The notes under the pieces are model-generated. The model saw only the letters and a list, made by a program, of their open reading frames with translations. It did not search any database and was not told the origin of the DNA. 60,706 nt of DNA from Chloroflexota bacterium (GTDB lineage Bacteria > Chloroflexota > Limnocylindria > Limnocylindrales > Limnocylindraceae): the NCBI GenBank assembly GCA_026389535.1, contig JAPLHR010000046.1:1-60706 (forward strand). The letters are read 5' to 3'. The position numbers and the translations under genes were made by a program. Shown here in pieces: positions 1 to 8,166 of this stretch (the stretch's first letter is position 1; each line of letters begins with the position of its first letter).

Positions 1-96
1 GGCGGCGTAGGTGGCAAGGGTTCCACCCATGCTGATCGTCTCGTCGTCGGGGTGGGCGTGTACCGCCATGAGAATCAGTCGACCGCTGCTATCCAT
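1..96 (-). CDS. PIG-L/LmbE-family deacetylase, N-terminal 32 codons only (gene runs off the window)
   Basis: Own translation of the minus strand from ATG at 94-96: MDSSGRLILMAVHAHPDDETISMGGTLATYAA. AHPDDE is the PIG-L metal-site signature. Too short for the ORF track. Confidence 0.6.
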   Translation of the reverse strand, partial: MDSSGRLILMAVHAHPDDETISMGGTLATYAA

Positions 97-180
97 GCTC
101 TGATCGTACGCGCACAGGGCGGAGTGGGTCGGCTACCCTGACCCTACGCGGCGCATGGCGCCGCACGAGGGAGGTGCCTG

Positions 181-1008
181 ATGGGAGCAACCGATCCAAA
201 GGTCCAGCGCTGGGCGCTCATTCTGGGCGCCTCCAGCGGCATTGGCGAGGCGACAGCACGCCTGGCGGCCGAGGACGGCTACAACATCTGTGGCGTCTAC
301 CTGGGTCGCTCCCGCGGCGAGAAGCTTGATGCGGCCATTGCCGCAGTAAAGGCGACCGGCGTCGAGGCCCTCTACATCCGCGGCAACGCCGCCGACGACG
401 AGAAGCGCGGTGAGGTCATTGCTCGGCTATCTGAGAAATTCGCTGCTGCCCGCGCGGCTGGCCTCACCCCTCAGCTCGGGATCGTCGTTCACTCGCTCGC
501 ATTCGGCAGCCTGCAGCCCTTCCTCCCCGACGGCGAGACGCCGCTGATTACCCGCAAGCAGATGGATATGACCTCTGACGTCATGGCGCACTCCCTGGTC
601 TATTGGACGCAGGACCTGTACGCCGCAGGTCTGATCGGCAACACGACTCGAATCTTCGCCACCTCATCTGAGGGCGCCTCGAAGGCGGTGCCGATGTACG
701 GCGCCGTCTCCGCAGCGAAAGCCGCAGTTGAGGCGCACTGCCGTCAGCTGGCCCTTGAGCTTGCGCGGCTCGTGCCTGGCGCAACCGTCACGGCGCTGCG
801 TCCAGGCGTCGTCGATACCCCAGCCCTCCGCAAGATTCCAGGAAGCCAAGACTGGATTGACGTAGTGATGAAGAAGCATCCAGGGAAGCGACTCACCACA
901 CCTGATGACGTTGGTCACGCCATTGTTGCCCTCTCGGCACCTGGGATGAGCTGGGTCACGGGAAACACCATCACGATTGACGGCGGCGAGCAGATCGCCG
1001 GAGGCTGA
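181..1008 (+). CDS. Short-chain dehydrogenase/reductase (SDR), enoyl-ACP-reductase-like
   Basis: 275-aa ORF. N-terminal ALILGASSGIGEA Rossmann motif (TGxxxGIG type). GAGGGAGG ribosome-binding site upstream of the ATG. Confidence 0.8.
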   Translation: MGATDPKVQRWALILGASSGIGEATARLAAEDGYNICGVYLGRSRGEKLDAAIAAVKATGVEALYIRGNAADDEKRGEVIARLSEKFAAARAAGLTPQLGIVVHSLAFGSLQPFLPDGETPLITRKQMDMTSDVMAHSLVYWTQDLYAAGLIGNTTRIFATSSEGASKAVPMYGAVSAAKAAVEAHCRQLALELARLVPGATVTALRPGVVDTPALRKIPGSQDWIDVVMKKHPGKRLTTPDDVGHAIVALSAPGMSWVTGNTITIDGGEQIAGG

Positions 1009-1019
1009 GCCCTCTCCGA

Positions 1020-1694
1020 CTACAGTTTCTTGCCAGTCAACCCTGAAAGGTTTGCGCTCGGCTCCGCAATCACTGGCGTATCTTCGTCTGGGTGGAGCGC
1101 GCCATAGTACGTGTTTACCTCAAGCACTCCTGCCCAAATCTTTTCTTGTGCATCGTCTGGATTGTCATCCACGCCCCCATTACGAATCTTTCCCGATGCT
1201 TCGGTGATGTTCATGCCGAGCATGGTGGTGGCTTTTAACTCTTGCTCGGTTGACGCACGCAGCTCTTTCGCACGGCCTGGAATCAACTTGTTGATGAACA
1301 CATCGAGTTGCGCCACCTTCTCGTCGCCGGTGATCTCTTCGCAGATGCCGAACAGCGTGGCTGATCGGTAGTTGAACGAACTGTCAAACCCGCTGCGTGC
1401 GAGCACGATGCCGTCGGTCAGGTGAATAGAGATGCACACCTCAGTGCCGACCACAGACTTAAGGAAGCGGCTCGCCGCCGAACCGTGCCAGTAGAGACGG
1501 TCGCCGTCACGCCAGTGTGCCGTGGCGGTGGCGTGCGGGCGACCATCAAGGAGGTAGGCGACGGTGCAGGTGAGAGCGGCGTCGACAACTGGGTAGATAT
1601 CGGCCCGCTCGTAGTGCCCACGCTCTGGAAGGCGGCGCACGCGCGTTCGCTCGCTGGGCGGGAATCCATCCGATACAGGGATCTCACGAGGCAT
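1020..1694 (-). CDS. Pyridoxamine 5'-phosphate oxidase-family FMN-binding protein
   Basis: Track ORF 1020..1787 trimmed to the internal ATG at 1692-1694, because the upstream 31 codons are a read-through of tRNA-Asp. The sequence resembles the Pyridox_ox_2 family. Confidence 0.7.
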   Translation of the reverse strand: MPREIPVSDGFPPSERTRVRRLPERGHYERADIYPVVDAALTCTVAYLLDGRPHATATAHWRDGDRLYWHGSAASRFLKSVVGTEVCISIHLTDGIVLARSGFDSSFNYRSATLFGICEEITGDEKVAQLDVFINKLIPGRAKELRASTEQELKATTMLGMNITEASGKIRNGGVDDNPDDAQEKIWAGVLEVNTYYGALHPDEDTPVIAEPSANLSGLTGKKL

Positions 1695-1734
1695 GGGGTC
1701 ATCGTAAAGGAGGAGCCCAGGGTGAGAGGTTTCC

Positions 1735-1811
1735 TGGCGGACCCGACCGGATTCGAACCGGCGATCTCCAGCGTGACAGGCTGGCATGTTGGGCCGCTAC
1801 ACCACGGGTCC
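1735..1811 (-). tRNA. tRNA-Asp (anticodon GTC)
   Basis: Hand-folded cloverleaf. Acceptor GGACCCG/CGGGTCC, D stem GTGT/ACAT, anticodon stem CCAGC/GCTGG with loop CTGTCAC (GTC = plus-strand gac at 1775-1777), T arm GCCGG-TTCGAAT-CCGGT, encoded CCA. Confidence 0.9.
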
Positions 1812-1883
1812 GCGACAGGACTGCGAAGCCTACCAGAGGGGGTAGGATCCGACTATGGGATACGGAGCCACCCAACCCCTGAG

Positions 1884-2927
1884 ATGCGCCGCGCCATGGC
1901 GGAGGCTGAGGTCGGCGACGACGTCTTTGAGGACGATCCGACCGTCGCCGCCTTGGAGCAGCGTGCTGCTGACCTATTGGGCAAGGAGGCCGGCCTCTTC
2001 GTCGCCTCGGGCACCATGGGGAACCTCGTCGCTGTCATGGCCCACGTGCCACGCGGCGGCGAGATCATTACCCCCGCCGAAGGGCACATTCCGAACGACG
2101 AGGCGGCCAACTACGCCGTGGTCGCCGGTGCCGGACTTCGCGTTATTCAAGAGAGCCCCAACGGAGAGATGCCGATCGCCGATGTCCTCGAGGCGATCCA
2201 AGACGCATCCGACCCACATAGCGCCATCACCTCGCTCGTTATCGTTGAGAACTGCCACGCCCACACCTTCAGCCGACCGATTACTCCGGCCTACATGCGC
2301 GAGCTTCGCGCGGCGCTGAAGCCGCACGGTATTCCAATTCACGTTGATGGTGCGCGCCTCTTCAATGCCGTTGTCGAGCTTGGTGTCTCTGCACGTGAGC
2401 TCGTTGCCGATGCCGACAGTGTGACCTTCTGCCTAAGTAAGGGTCTCGCTGCGCCGATCGGCAGCGTGGTCGTTGGCAGTAAGGAGTTCATCTGGAAGGC
2501 GCGTCGCGCGCGCAAGCTTCTTGGCGGCGGCATGCGACAGGTTGGCGTTCTTGCCGCTGCCGGACTCGTTGCGCTCTCTGATGGACCAGAGGGCACGGTG
2601 AAGCGACTCGCCGAAGATCACGTCAACGCACGACGTCTCGCTACCGAGATCGCAGTACTTCCTGATGTGATCTCCCCTGGGCATAATGCGCAGCCGGAAG
2701 GTGAGCGCCTTGATCCTGCGCGCGTTGCAACGAACTTTGTGATCTTCAAGGTTACCGGTGGCATCCCGCGCCGTACACGTTTCCTCGATGCGCTGGAGAA
2801 GCGTGGCGTGCTGATGGTTGCGTACACGCACGGACAGATTCGCGCGGTAACGCACTATGGGATTGGTGATGATGAAATCACCAAGACGATCGCGGCGACT
2901 GCTGCAGCACTGACCGAAACCGCGTAG
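1884..2927 (+). CDS. ltaE: Low-specificity L-threonine aldolase (PLP enzyme); 5' end uncertain
   Basis: Strong similarity to LtaE (EVGDDVFEDDPTV, HVDGARLFNA, CLSKGLAAPIGS, GGGMRQ). Similarity continues upstream of the first in-frame ATG (1884) to about 1860, where no canonical in-frame start exists. See finding. Confidence 0.8.
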   Translation: MRRAMAEAEVGDDVFEDDPTVAALEQRAADLLGKEAGLFVASGTMGNLVAVMAHVPRGGEIITPAEGHIPNDEAANYAVVAGAGLRVIQESPNGEMPIADVLEAIQDASDPHSAITSLVIVENCHAHTFSRPITPAYMRELRAALKPHGIPIHVDGARLFNAVVELGVSARELVADADSVTFCLSKGLAAPIGSVVVGSKEFIWKARRARKLLGGGMRQVGVLAAAGLVALSDGPEGTVKRLAEDHVNARRLATEIAVLPDVISPGHNAQPEGERLDPARVATNFVIFKVTGGIPRRTRFLDALEKRGVLMVAYTHGQIRAVTHYGIGDDEITKTIAATAAALTETA

Positions 2928-2940
2928 CGCTGCGCAGCCG

Positions 2941-3654
2941 ATGCGCATCGTTCCATCTATTGATCTTGAGAAGGGTCGCTCTCGCATTGTCTTCTGGCCT
3001 GGCGCCGCAACAGGTGTTGGTGCACCAACAGATCAGCCAGCGCGCATTGCACGGCACTTTGTCGATCGTGGTGCAACGCTGATCCATCTTGTGGACTTTG
3101 ATGGCGCCCGCGCGGCGGCGCCGATCAATATTGAATCAATTGGCGCAGTTGCAAGCCTCGTCGCAACGCCACTACAGGTTGCCGGCGGGCTAGAGTCACC
3201 CGAAGCGATTCGCATTGCATTCGCAGCGGGGGCAACGCGCGCGGTGATCTCCCTTGCGCTCATCGACGAACCGGAGAAGCTGTCGGCCTGCATCGCCGCT
3301 GCAGGCGACTGGCTTGCGGTTGGCTTTGATCCGCGGCCAGACCGAATCGCTTCGTTCAACTGGAAGCGCTCGAGCGCCCCAACAGCGGAGAGCCTCATTG
3401 ATGAGCTCGCTGCGGCAGGGGTGACACGCATCGTGCTGAGTCACGGTGGTAACGCGAGCGAGAGCGCGGCGTTTGCCAGCCTGGCGGCGCGTCAACCAGG
3501 AATGGAACTGAGCGTTGCGGGGGGCGTCAGCGACCTCGATGGTGTGCGACGACTCCGCGATGCTGGGGTCGCCACCCTGATCTTGGGCGAGGCACTCCTC
3601 TCAGGCGCGATTGATTTTGAGGAAGCCTCAAAAGTCTCTGACCCAGCGCAGTAG
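2941..3654 (+). CDS. HisA/HisF-family (beta/alpha)8-barrel protein, divergent paralog
   Basis: MRIVPSIDLEKGRS..., LVDFDGA, LQVAGGLES and VAGGVS...LILGEALL match the HisA layout. The second-half TDIxRDG motif is replaced by LSHGGNAS. Confidence 0.65.
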   Translation: MRIVPSIDLEKGRSRIVFWPGAATGVGAPTDQPARIARHFVDRGATLIHLVDFDGARAAAPINIESIGAVASLVATPLQVAGGLESPEAIRIAFAAGATRAVISLALIDEPEKLSACIAAAGDWLAVGFDPRPDRIASFNWKRSSAPTAESLIDELAAAGVTRIVLSHGGNASESAAFASLAARQPGMELSVAGGVSDLDGVRRLRDAGVATLILGEALLSGAIDFEEASKVSDPAQ

Positions 3655-3691
3655 CGCGCACATGCTGCGCGCCTCGCGTAGACTCCCCCGC

Positions 3692-4663
3692 ATGGCAACT
3701 GCAAAGCGCATCAACGAACCACTCGCGCTGAGCCCCCTCGCGGGGCTCGGTGCCGTCATCCTCACGGGCATCCTCTGGGGCACGATCGGCGTCGTCACTG
3801 GTCAGCTCAAGGCTGCCTTCCCTGGCGCCGATGGGGGTCCAAGCACGCTCAGCTCCCTCGTGCTGGTCGTCGTACGCCTGGGAATTACTGCCCCAGCCGC
3901 TGCCATCACGGCACGCATTCTGCTCGGTCGTGGCGCCTTCCGCCTTCCTGGTCGGGTGCTTGCACTCGGTCTCGGGCTCGGGCTCGTGCAGGCATTTTTC
4001 CAATACGCGTATGTCGAAGCGGTAACGAACGCCGGCGTTGGCATCGCCACAGCCATTGAGCTCTGCCTCGCACCAGTACTCGTCGCCGCGCTGAGTGTGA
4101 TCCTGCTGCGCGAGCGGCCCGACCGCATGATCATTGGGGCCATCATCTTCGCGGCGATTGGCACCATTGTGATTGCCGCAAATGGCGCGGTCCCTGGGAA
4201 GGAAGCCACATTCCAGGTGGGCATCCTCTGGTCGCTCGCCTGCATGGTCGGCTACGCCTCATACATTGTGCTCGTGCGCCGACTCGCTGCGGGCATTCAT
4301 CCACTGGAACTTGTTGCGCTCGCTGCCACTGGTGGATTCGCCGTACTCGCAGTCGTGTCAACTGTTGTTGGAGTGAAGCTTCCTGATCTCGCTGGTAAGG
4401 ATCTGCTTGTTCCAGGGCTTCAGTTCGCCTACCTCGCACTGATTGCAACCTGTCTCGCCTACGCGCTCTTTGTCTCAGGCGTTCGCGCAACAAGCGCCAC
4501 CACCGGTTCGCTCGGCGCACTCGCCATGCCACCAACGGCAACGATTCTTGCAGCGTTGCTCCTCAATCAGATTCCTACGATTGAGATCGTCATCGGGCAG
4601 GTGCTGTTGATGGCAGCGATGGCTGTCACGATTCTTCGAACTGCTCGTCGTTCAAATTCGTAG
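3692..4663 (+). CDS. DMT-superfamily (EamA-like) transporter
   Basis: About ten hydrophobic segments in a two-repeat pattern. Start moved to ATG 3692 so it does not overlap the upstream gene. Confidence 0.75.
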   Translation: MATAKRINEPLALSPLAGLGAVILTGILWGTIGVVTGQLKAAFPGADGGPSTLSSLVLVVVRLGITAPAAAITARILLGRGAFRLPGRVLALGLGLGLVQAFFQYAYVEAVTNAGVGIATAIELCLAPVLVAALSVILLRERPDRMIIGAIIFAAIGTIVIAANGAVPGKEATFQVGILWSLACMVGYASYIVLVRRLAAGIHPLELVALAATGGFAVLAVVSTVVGVKLPDLAGKDLLVPGLQFAYLALIATCLAYALFVSGVRATSATTGSLGALAMPPTATILAALLLNQIPTIEIVIGQVLLMAAMAVTILRTARRSNS

Positions 4664-4667
4664 CAGC

Positions 4668-5300
4668 ATGCGAAGCACCGTTGTAGCGCTCGCTCTTATC
4701 GCAACGCTCACGCTGAGCGCGTGTGGTGCCGACGTATCTCCAAGCGCATCAACGAACGCAAAGGGCTGTCCAACGTCGCAGCCCGAGACGCTCAGTGCTG
4801 ACGCATCGAACGATATTGCGTTTGAAACATCACTCGGCACATTCGTAGTGCGGCTTGCGGTGAAGAACTCGCCCATCGCGGTGAGCAACCTAACCGCACT
4901 TGCGAGCTGCCACTTCTACGACAACGTGATCTTCCACCGCATCGCCTACATGGCGGACGGCACGCCGTTTGTGATTCAGGGTGGCGACCCAACGGGCACT
5001 GGTTCGGGCGGTCCGGGCTACTTCATCAAAGATGAGCCGGTCGTCGGCACGTATCGCCGCGGTGTGATCGCGATGGCACGATCGAGTCAGCCCGACTCAC
5101 AGGGGAGCCAGTTCTTTGTAATCCTTGACGACGCGGCAGCGGTGCCACTTGAGAGCGCTCGCACCTACGCAATCATGGGTGAGGTCATTTCTGGCATGGA
5201 TGTCGTTGACGCCATTGCTGCACTAGAGCGCAATGGGGAAGATCGCCCGATTGATCCCCCGAAGATCATCTCGACGACCGTTACCCCTTCTGCGCCCTAG
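4668..5300 (+). CDS. Cyclophilin-type peptidyl-prolyl isomerase, predicted lipoprotein
   Basis: Signal peptide with lipobox LTLSAC. Cyclophilin motifs FHRI, VIQGGDPTGTGSGGPGY, SQGSQFF. Confidence 0.85.
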   Translation: MRSTVVALALIATLTLSACGADVSPSASTNAKGCPTSQPETLSADASNDIAFETSLGTFVVRLAVKNSPIAVSNLTALASCHFYDNVIFHRIAYMADGTPFVIQGGDPTGTGSGGPGYFIKDEPVVGTYRRGVIAMARSSQPDSQGSQFFVILDDAAAVPLESARTYAIMGEVISGMDVVDAIAALERNGEDRPIDPPKIISTTVTPSAP

Positions 5301-5391
5301 CTCGCCCGCGCAACTGATCGTTCGCGGGTAAACTCTGCACATCGTCGGCACCAGCCGACCACGTGGCCCTGCGCCACAGAGGAGAGATGGA

Positions 5392-5844
5392 ATGGCAACC
5401 GCCAAGATTGAGACGACCGTCGGCGTCATCGAGTTTGAGCTCCTTGACGATGCGGCACCGAAGACCGTTGAGAACTTCGTGACCCTAGCGAAGAAGGGCT
5501 TCTACGACGGGGTGATCTTCCACCGCGTTGTTCCCGGCTTCGTGATCCAGGGCGGCGACCCTGATGGAACCGGCATGGGCGGGCCAGGCTACAAGTTCGA
5601 CGATGAGCCGGTGACGATGGGCTACGCCCGCGGCACGGTGGCGATGGCCAACTCAGGGCCAAACACGAACGGGAGCCAGTTCTTCATCTGCCTCGATGAC
5701 CTTGCCAGCCTGCCGCCGAAGTACACGATCTTCGGCATGGTCACCTCGGGTCTCGCCACGGTCGACGCGATCGCCAAGGGGGCCACGGGCCCAGGCGACC
5801 GCCCACTGGAGCCGGTCAAGATGACCACGGTGACGATCGCCTAG
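5392..5844 (+). CDS. Cyclophilin-type peptidyl-prolyl isomerase, cytoplasmic
   Basis: 150 aa with FHRVVPGFVIQGGDPDGTGMGGPGY and TNGSQFFI. Confidence 0.9.
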   Translation: MATAKIETTVGVIEFELLDDAAPKTVENFVTLAKKGFYDGVIFHRVVPGFVIQGGDPDGTGMGGPGYKFDDEPVTMGYARGTVAMANSGPNTNGSQFFICLDDLASLPPKYTIFGMVTSGLATVDAIAKGATGPGDRPLEPVKMTTVTIA

Positions 5845-6032
5845 CTCTCACACTCGGCACAAGGTGTGCCAGGGGGTTGGAATCCGCGCTTCGAGGGAGT
5901 ATCCTCTTGCTAGCTGTTCTTGTTCAAAGACCATGGGTAGGTGGGTTAGGGTAGTCGCTATAGGCGACGTGATAGATGCTCTTTGAGCGTTGCGGGCGGG
6001 GCTGACTTGTTCGTCCCACAAGCGGATCGGCT

Positions 6033-6072
6033 TGAGGCGACTCCTGTCAAAGGGGGTCGCCTCATTTATTTT
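6033..6072 (+). terminator. Rho-independent terminator candidate
   Basis: Stem GAGGCGAC (6034-6041) pairs with GTCGCCTC (6056-6063), followed by ATTTATTTT. It lies about 190 nt downstream of the cyclophilin stop. Confidence 0.6.
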
Positions 6073-6119
6073 CTCTCGCCTTTTTGGCCCTCACGCCCCT
6101 GATAAACTCGCCACCCCTC

Positions 6120-6196
6120 GCGCTCGTAGCTCAGTGGATTAGAGCGTCTCCCTCCGAAGGAGAAGGTCGCAGGTTCGAATCCTGTCGGGCGCACCA
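6120..6196 (+). tRNA. tRNA-Arg (anticodon CCG)
   Basis: Hand-folded. Acceptor GCGCTCG/CGGGCGC, D arm GCTC-AGTGGATTA-GAGC, anticodon stem TCTCC/GGAGA with loop CTCCGAA, T arm GCAGG-TTCGAAT-CCTGT, encoded CCA. Confidence 0.92.
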
Positions 6197-6216
6197 CACG
6201 GAGTAGACTCCTCCCC

Positions 6217-6660
6217 ATGGCAGACCAAGATCTCGTCGCTGTTCCGCTGCTGCGCCGGCCGCTCTTGCTTGTTGCTGCAGCCGTCAACCTTGGCGCTGTG
6301 GTTGTTGGCCTGAGTGGCACCGACGAGCGCCTCTTCTATGTTCCTGCCGCACTCGGACTTCTCTGGTTGATCGCCTATCGCGCACAACCGCGCGAGGGGG
6401 TGCGCCAGCTGCGTCGCGCGCCACAGGGTTCGATCATCGTGCGCCGACCAGATCGACCCGCGCCACGACAACGCACAGAGATGCCACCAACGCCATCTGG
6501 CTTTGCACCATCTGCGGCGGTTGCTGCAGCACAGGCGCGCGGTGGCCTACGCAAACCGATTAAACCGGTCGAGATTGGAATGCCAAGCAAGGGTGCTGCG
6601 CCTGAGAAGAAGCGTCGTCGCGGGCGTAAGGGTGGAGATGGACCGAACCTCGGCCTCTAG
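6217..6660 (+). CDS. Hypothetical small membrane protein with basic Pro/Arg-rich tail
   Basis: ATG ORF with two hydrophobic segments followed by a KKRRRGRKGG tail. No recognisable family. Confidence 0.4.
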   Translation: MADQDLVAVPLLRRPLLLVAAAVNLGAVVVGLSGTDERLFYVPAALGLLWLIAYRAQPREGVRQLRRAPQGSIIVRRPDRPAPRQRTEMPPTPSGFAPSAAVAAAQARGGLRKPIKPVEIGMPSKGAAPEKKRRRGRKGGDGPNLGL

Positions 6661-7365
6661 CTACGGTGCGATCTTTACTGTAACCATCGGTGGCTTGCCG
6701 AGCGCAAAGCAGCGAGCATCAAGCCAGCCGTCGCGGATTGACTGGCGCTCCTCTGCATCAACAGTGAGCTTCCAACGAATTTTTACGGCGACCCACTCCG
6801 TCAGATAAACGCAGTTTGCCGATTCAAGTGGTGGGAGCCAGTAGGTTGGATCGTCGTCGCTCTTTGACTGATTCACGTTATCGGTCACTGCGCGCAGCGT
6901 CCATGCAACCCCTAAGTCGTTTGCGTAGGCCTGTCGTCGCGAGCTTGACCACTTCCATGCACCGGAACGCCACGCTTCACCGAGTGCAACGACGTGATCA
7001 ATATCAACGTCAGAGGCGCGCGTCCATGTTTCTCCGTCGTAGAGGCTTAGCCACTTTCCTGTGCTGACCGTCTTACCAGTTGAAGAGAAGTGCACAGAGA
7101 TCAGAGATTCAGCGATGAGCACCTCCGCACGGGTGTTCTTGCCGTTGCCATTCGCATCAACCCAATGCTTGAAGAGCTTGCGGTCATATCCGCCAATGTG
7201 CTCATCTACTACTGCGATGCAATCGAGTGCGGTGAGTAGCCCAAGCTTGGTGTTGTTGGTTTTGCACGCTTTGGCGGCACTCGTAGCCGCGCTGACCGGT
7301 GCAGGCACAGCGAGCGTTGCGCTCACGAGCAGCGCGAGGAGTGCGGCGGTAATGCGAGACTTCAT
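6661..7365 (-). CDS. Secreted HNH/DUF1524-family (GmrSD C-terminal-like) nuclease
   Basis: Sec signal (...PAPVSA/AT). DIDHVVALGEAWRSGAW ... NVNQSKSDDDPTYWLPP matches the His-Me finger DUF1524 pattern. G+C is visibly lower than in the neighbours. Confidence 0.75.
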   Translation of the reverse strand: MKSRITAALLALLVSATLAVPAPVSAATSAAKACKTNNTKLGLLTALDCIAVVDEHIGGYDRKLFKHWVDANGNGKNTRAEVLIAESLISVHFSSTGKTVSTGKWLSLYDGETWTRASDVDIDHVVALGEAWRSGAWKWSSSRRQAYANDLGVAWTLRAVTDNVNQSKSDDDPTYWLPPLESANCVYLTEWVAVKIRWKLTVDAEERQSIRDGWLDARCFALGKPPMVTVKIAP

Positions 7366-7374
7366 CAGATTAGA

Positions 7375-8166
7375 CTACGCGACAACGTCGAAGAGTGCGC
7401 GCACGAGCGCAGTGCCCCCTTCATCATTGATATCGACGCGTGCCTCGTTCGCGGTGGCGCGAACGGTGCAGTGCACGGTGGTGCCAGTTGTGAGGCCAAG
7501 GTACTCCAGTCGAATGCGGCGACGTGGTGCGCTCAGTTGTGCCGGTGCAGCTGCGTTGAGCGCCTCTTCGGCAATCTCGAGCCAGGCGGCATTGTTCACA
7601 TGACCGAGTGGGTCGAAGTCAGCGACGCGAAGTGGCACGGTCACGTCGACGCCTGGCGTATCGCCGGATGGTTCTGCGGGGATCTTCTCGGGGGTGAAGG
7701 TGGCGCCAACTTCAGTGACGAAGGGCTCGAACTCGGCTGGGAAGCGGACTGGTCGTCCGCTCCGGTCAGTCATCACCCAGTCGATGGTGGCATCGGCGAT
7801 CACGCGGCCAGCGCCGCCAAAGAGTCGTGTGCGGCGTCGCGCCATCACATGGCGGAAGCCAACCAGGGCAGTGGTGCCGGTCATGGCCTCATTGGAGTGA
7901 GGTGGCTCATCGATGAGTAGGTCGACACTACGAACCACCCAGCCGACGCCGCGGGATTCATACCAGGCGCGGCCGTACTCCAGCGTCTCGCTGTGCTGCC
8001 AGGCGAGGTCCTGAGCGTGGCGGAGCACTGCCGCGGCGCGCATGGTGCCGGCGCGGCTGCACTCATCAAAGCGCACGGAGCGGCCCTCGTCGCGGTAACG
8101 GGCGTGCTCCGGGAGGCGGGCCTCATCCGGGGAGAGGCCAGGAGTGAGTCGCTCGGCGAGGCTCAT
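7375..8166 (-). CDS. Acyl-ACP thioesterase-like (double hot-dog) protein
   Basis: 263 aa. Two-repeat pattern resembling the Acyl-ACP_TE family (GHVNNAAWLE in the second half). ATGA overlap with the upstream gene. Confidence 0.7.
   Translation of the reverse strand: MSLAERLTPGLSPDEARLPEHARYRDEGRSVRFDECSRAGTMRAAAVLRHAQDLAWQHSETLEYGRAWYESRGVGWVVRSVDLLIDEPPHSNEAMTGTTALVGFRHVMARRRTRLFGGAGRVIADATIDWVMTDRSGRPVRFPAEFEPFVTEVGATFTPEKIPAEPSGDTPGVDVTVPLRVADFDPLGHVNNAAWLEIAEEALNAAAPAQLSAPRRRIRLEYLGLTTGTTVHCTVRATANEARVDINDEGGTALVRALFDVVA

Noticed and set aside
1422-1883. 5' extension of the threonine-aldolase track ORF (starts at 1422)
   Set aside because: It runs antisense through the PNPOx-like gene and across tRNA-Asp, and LtaE similarity starts only at about 1860.
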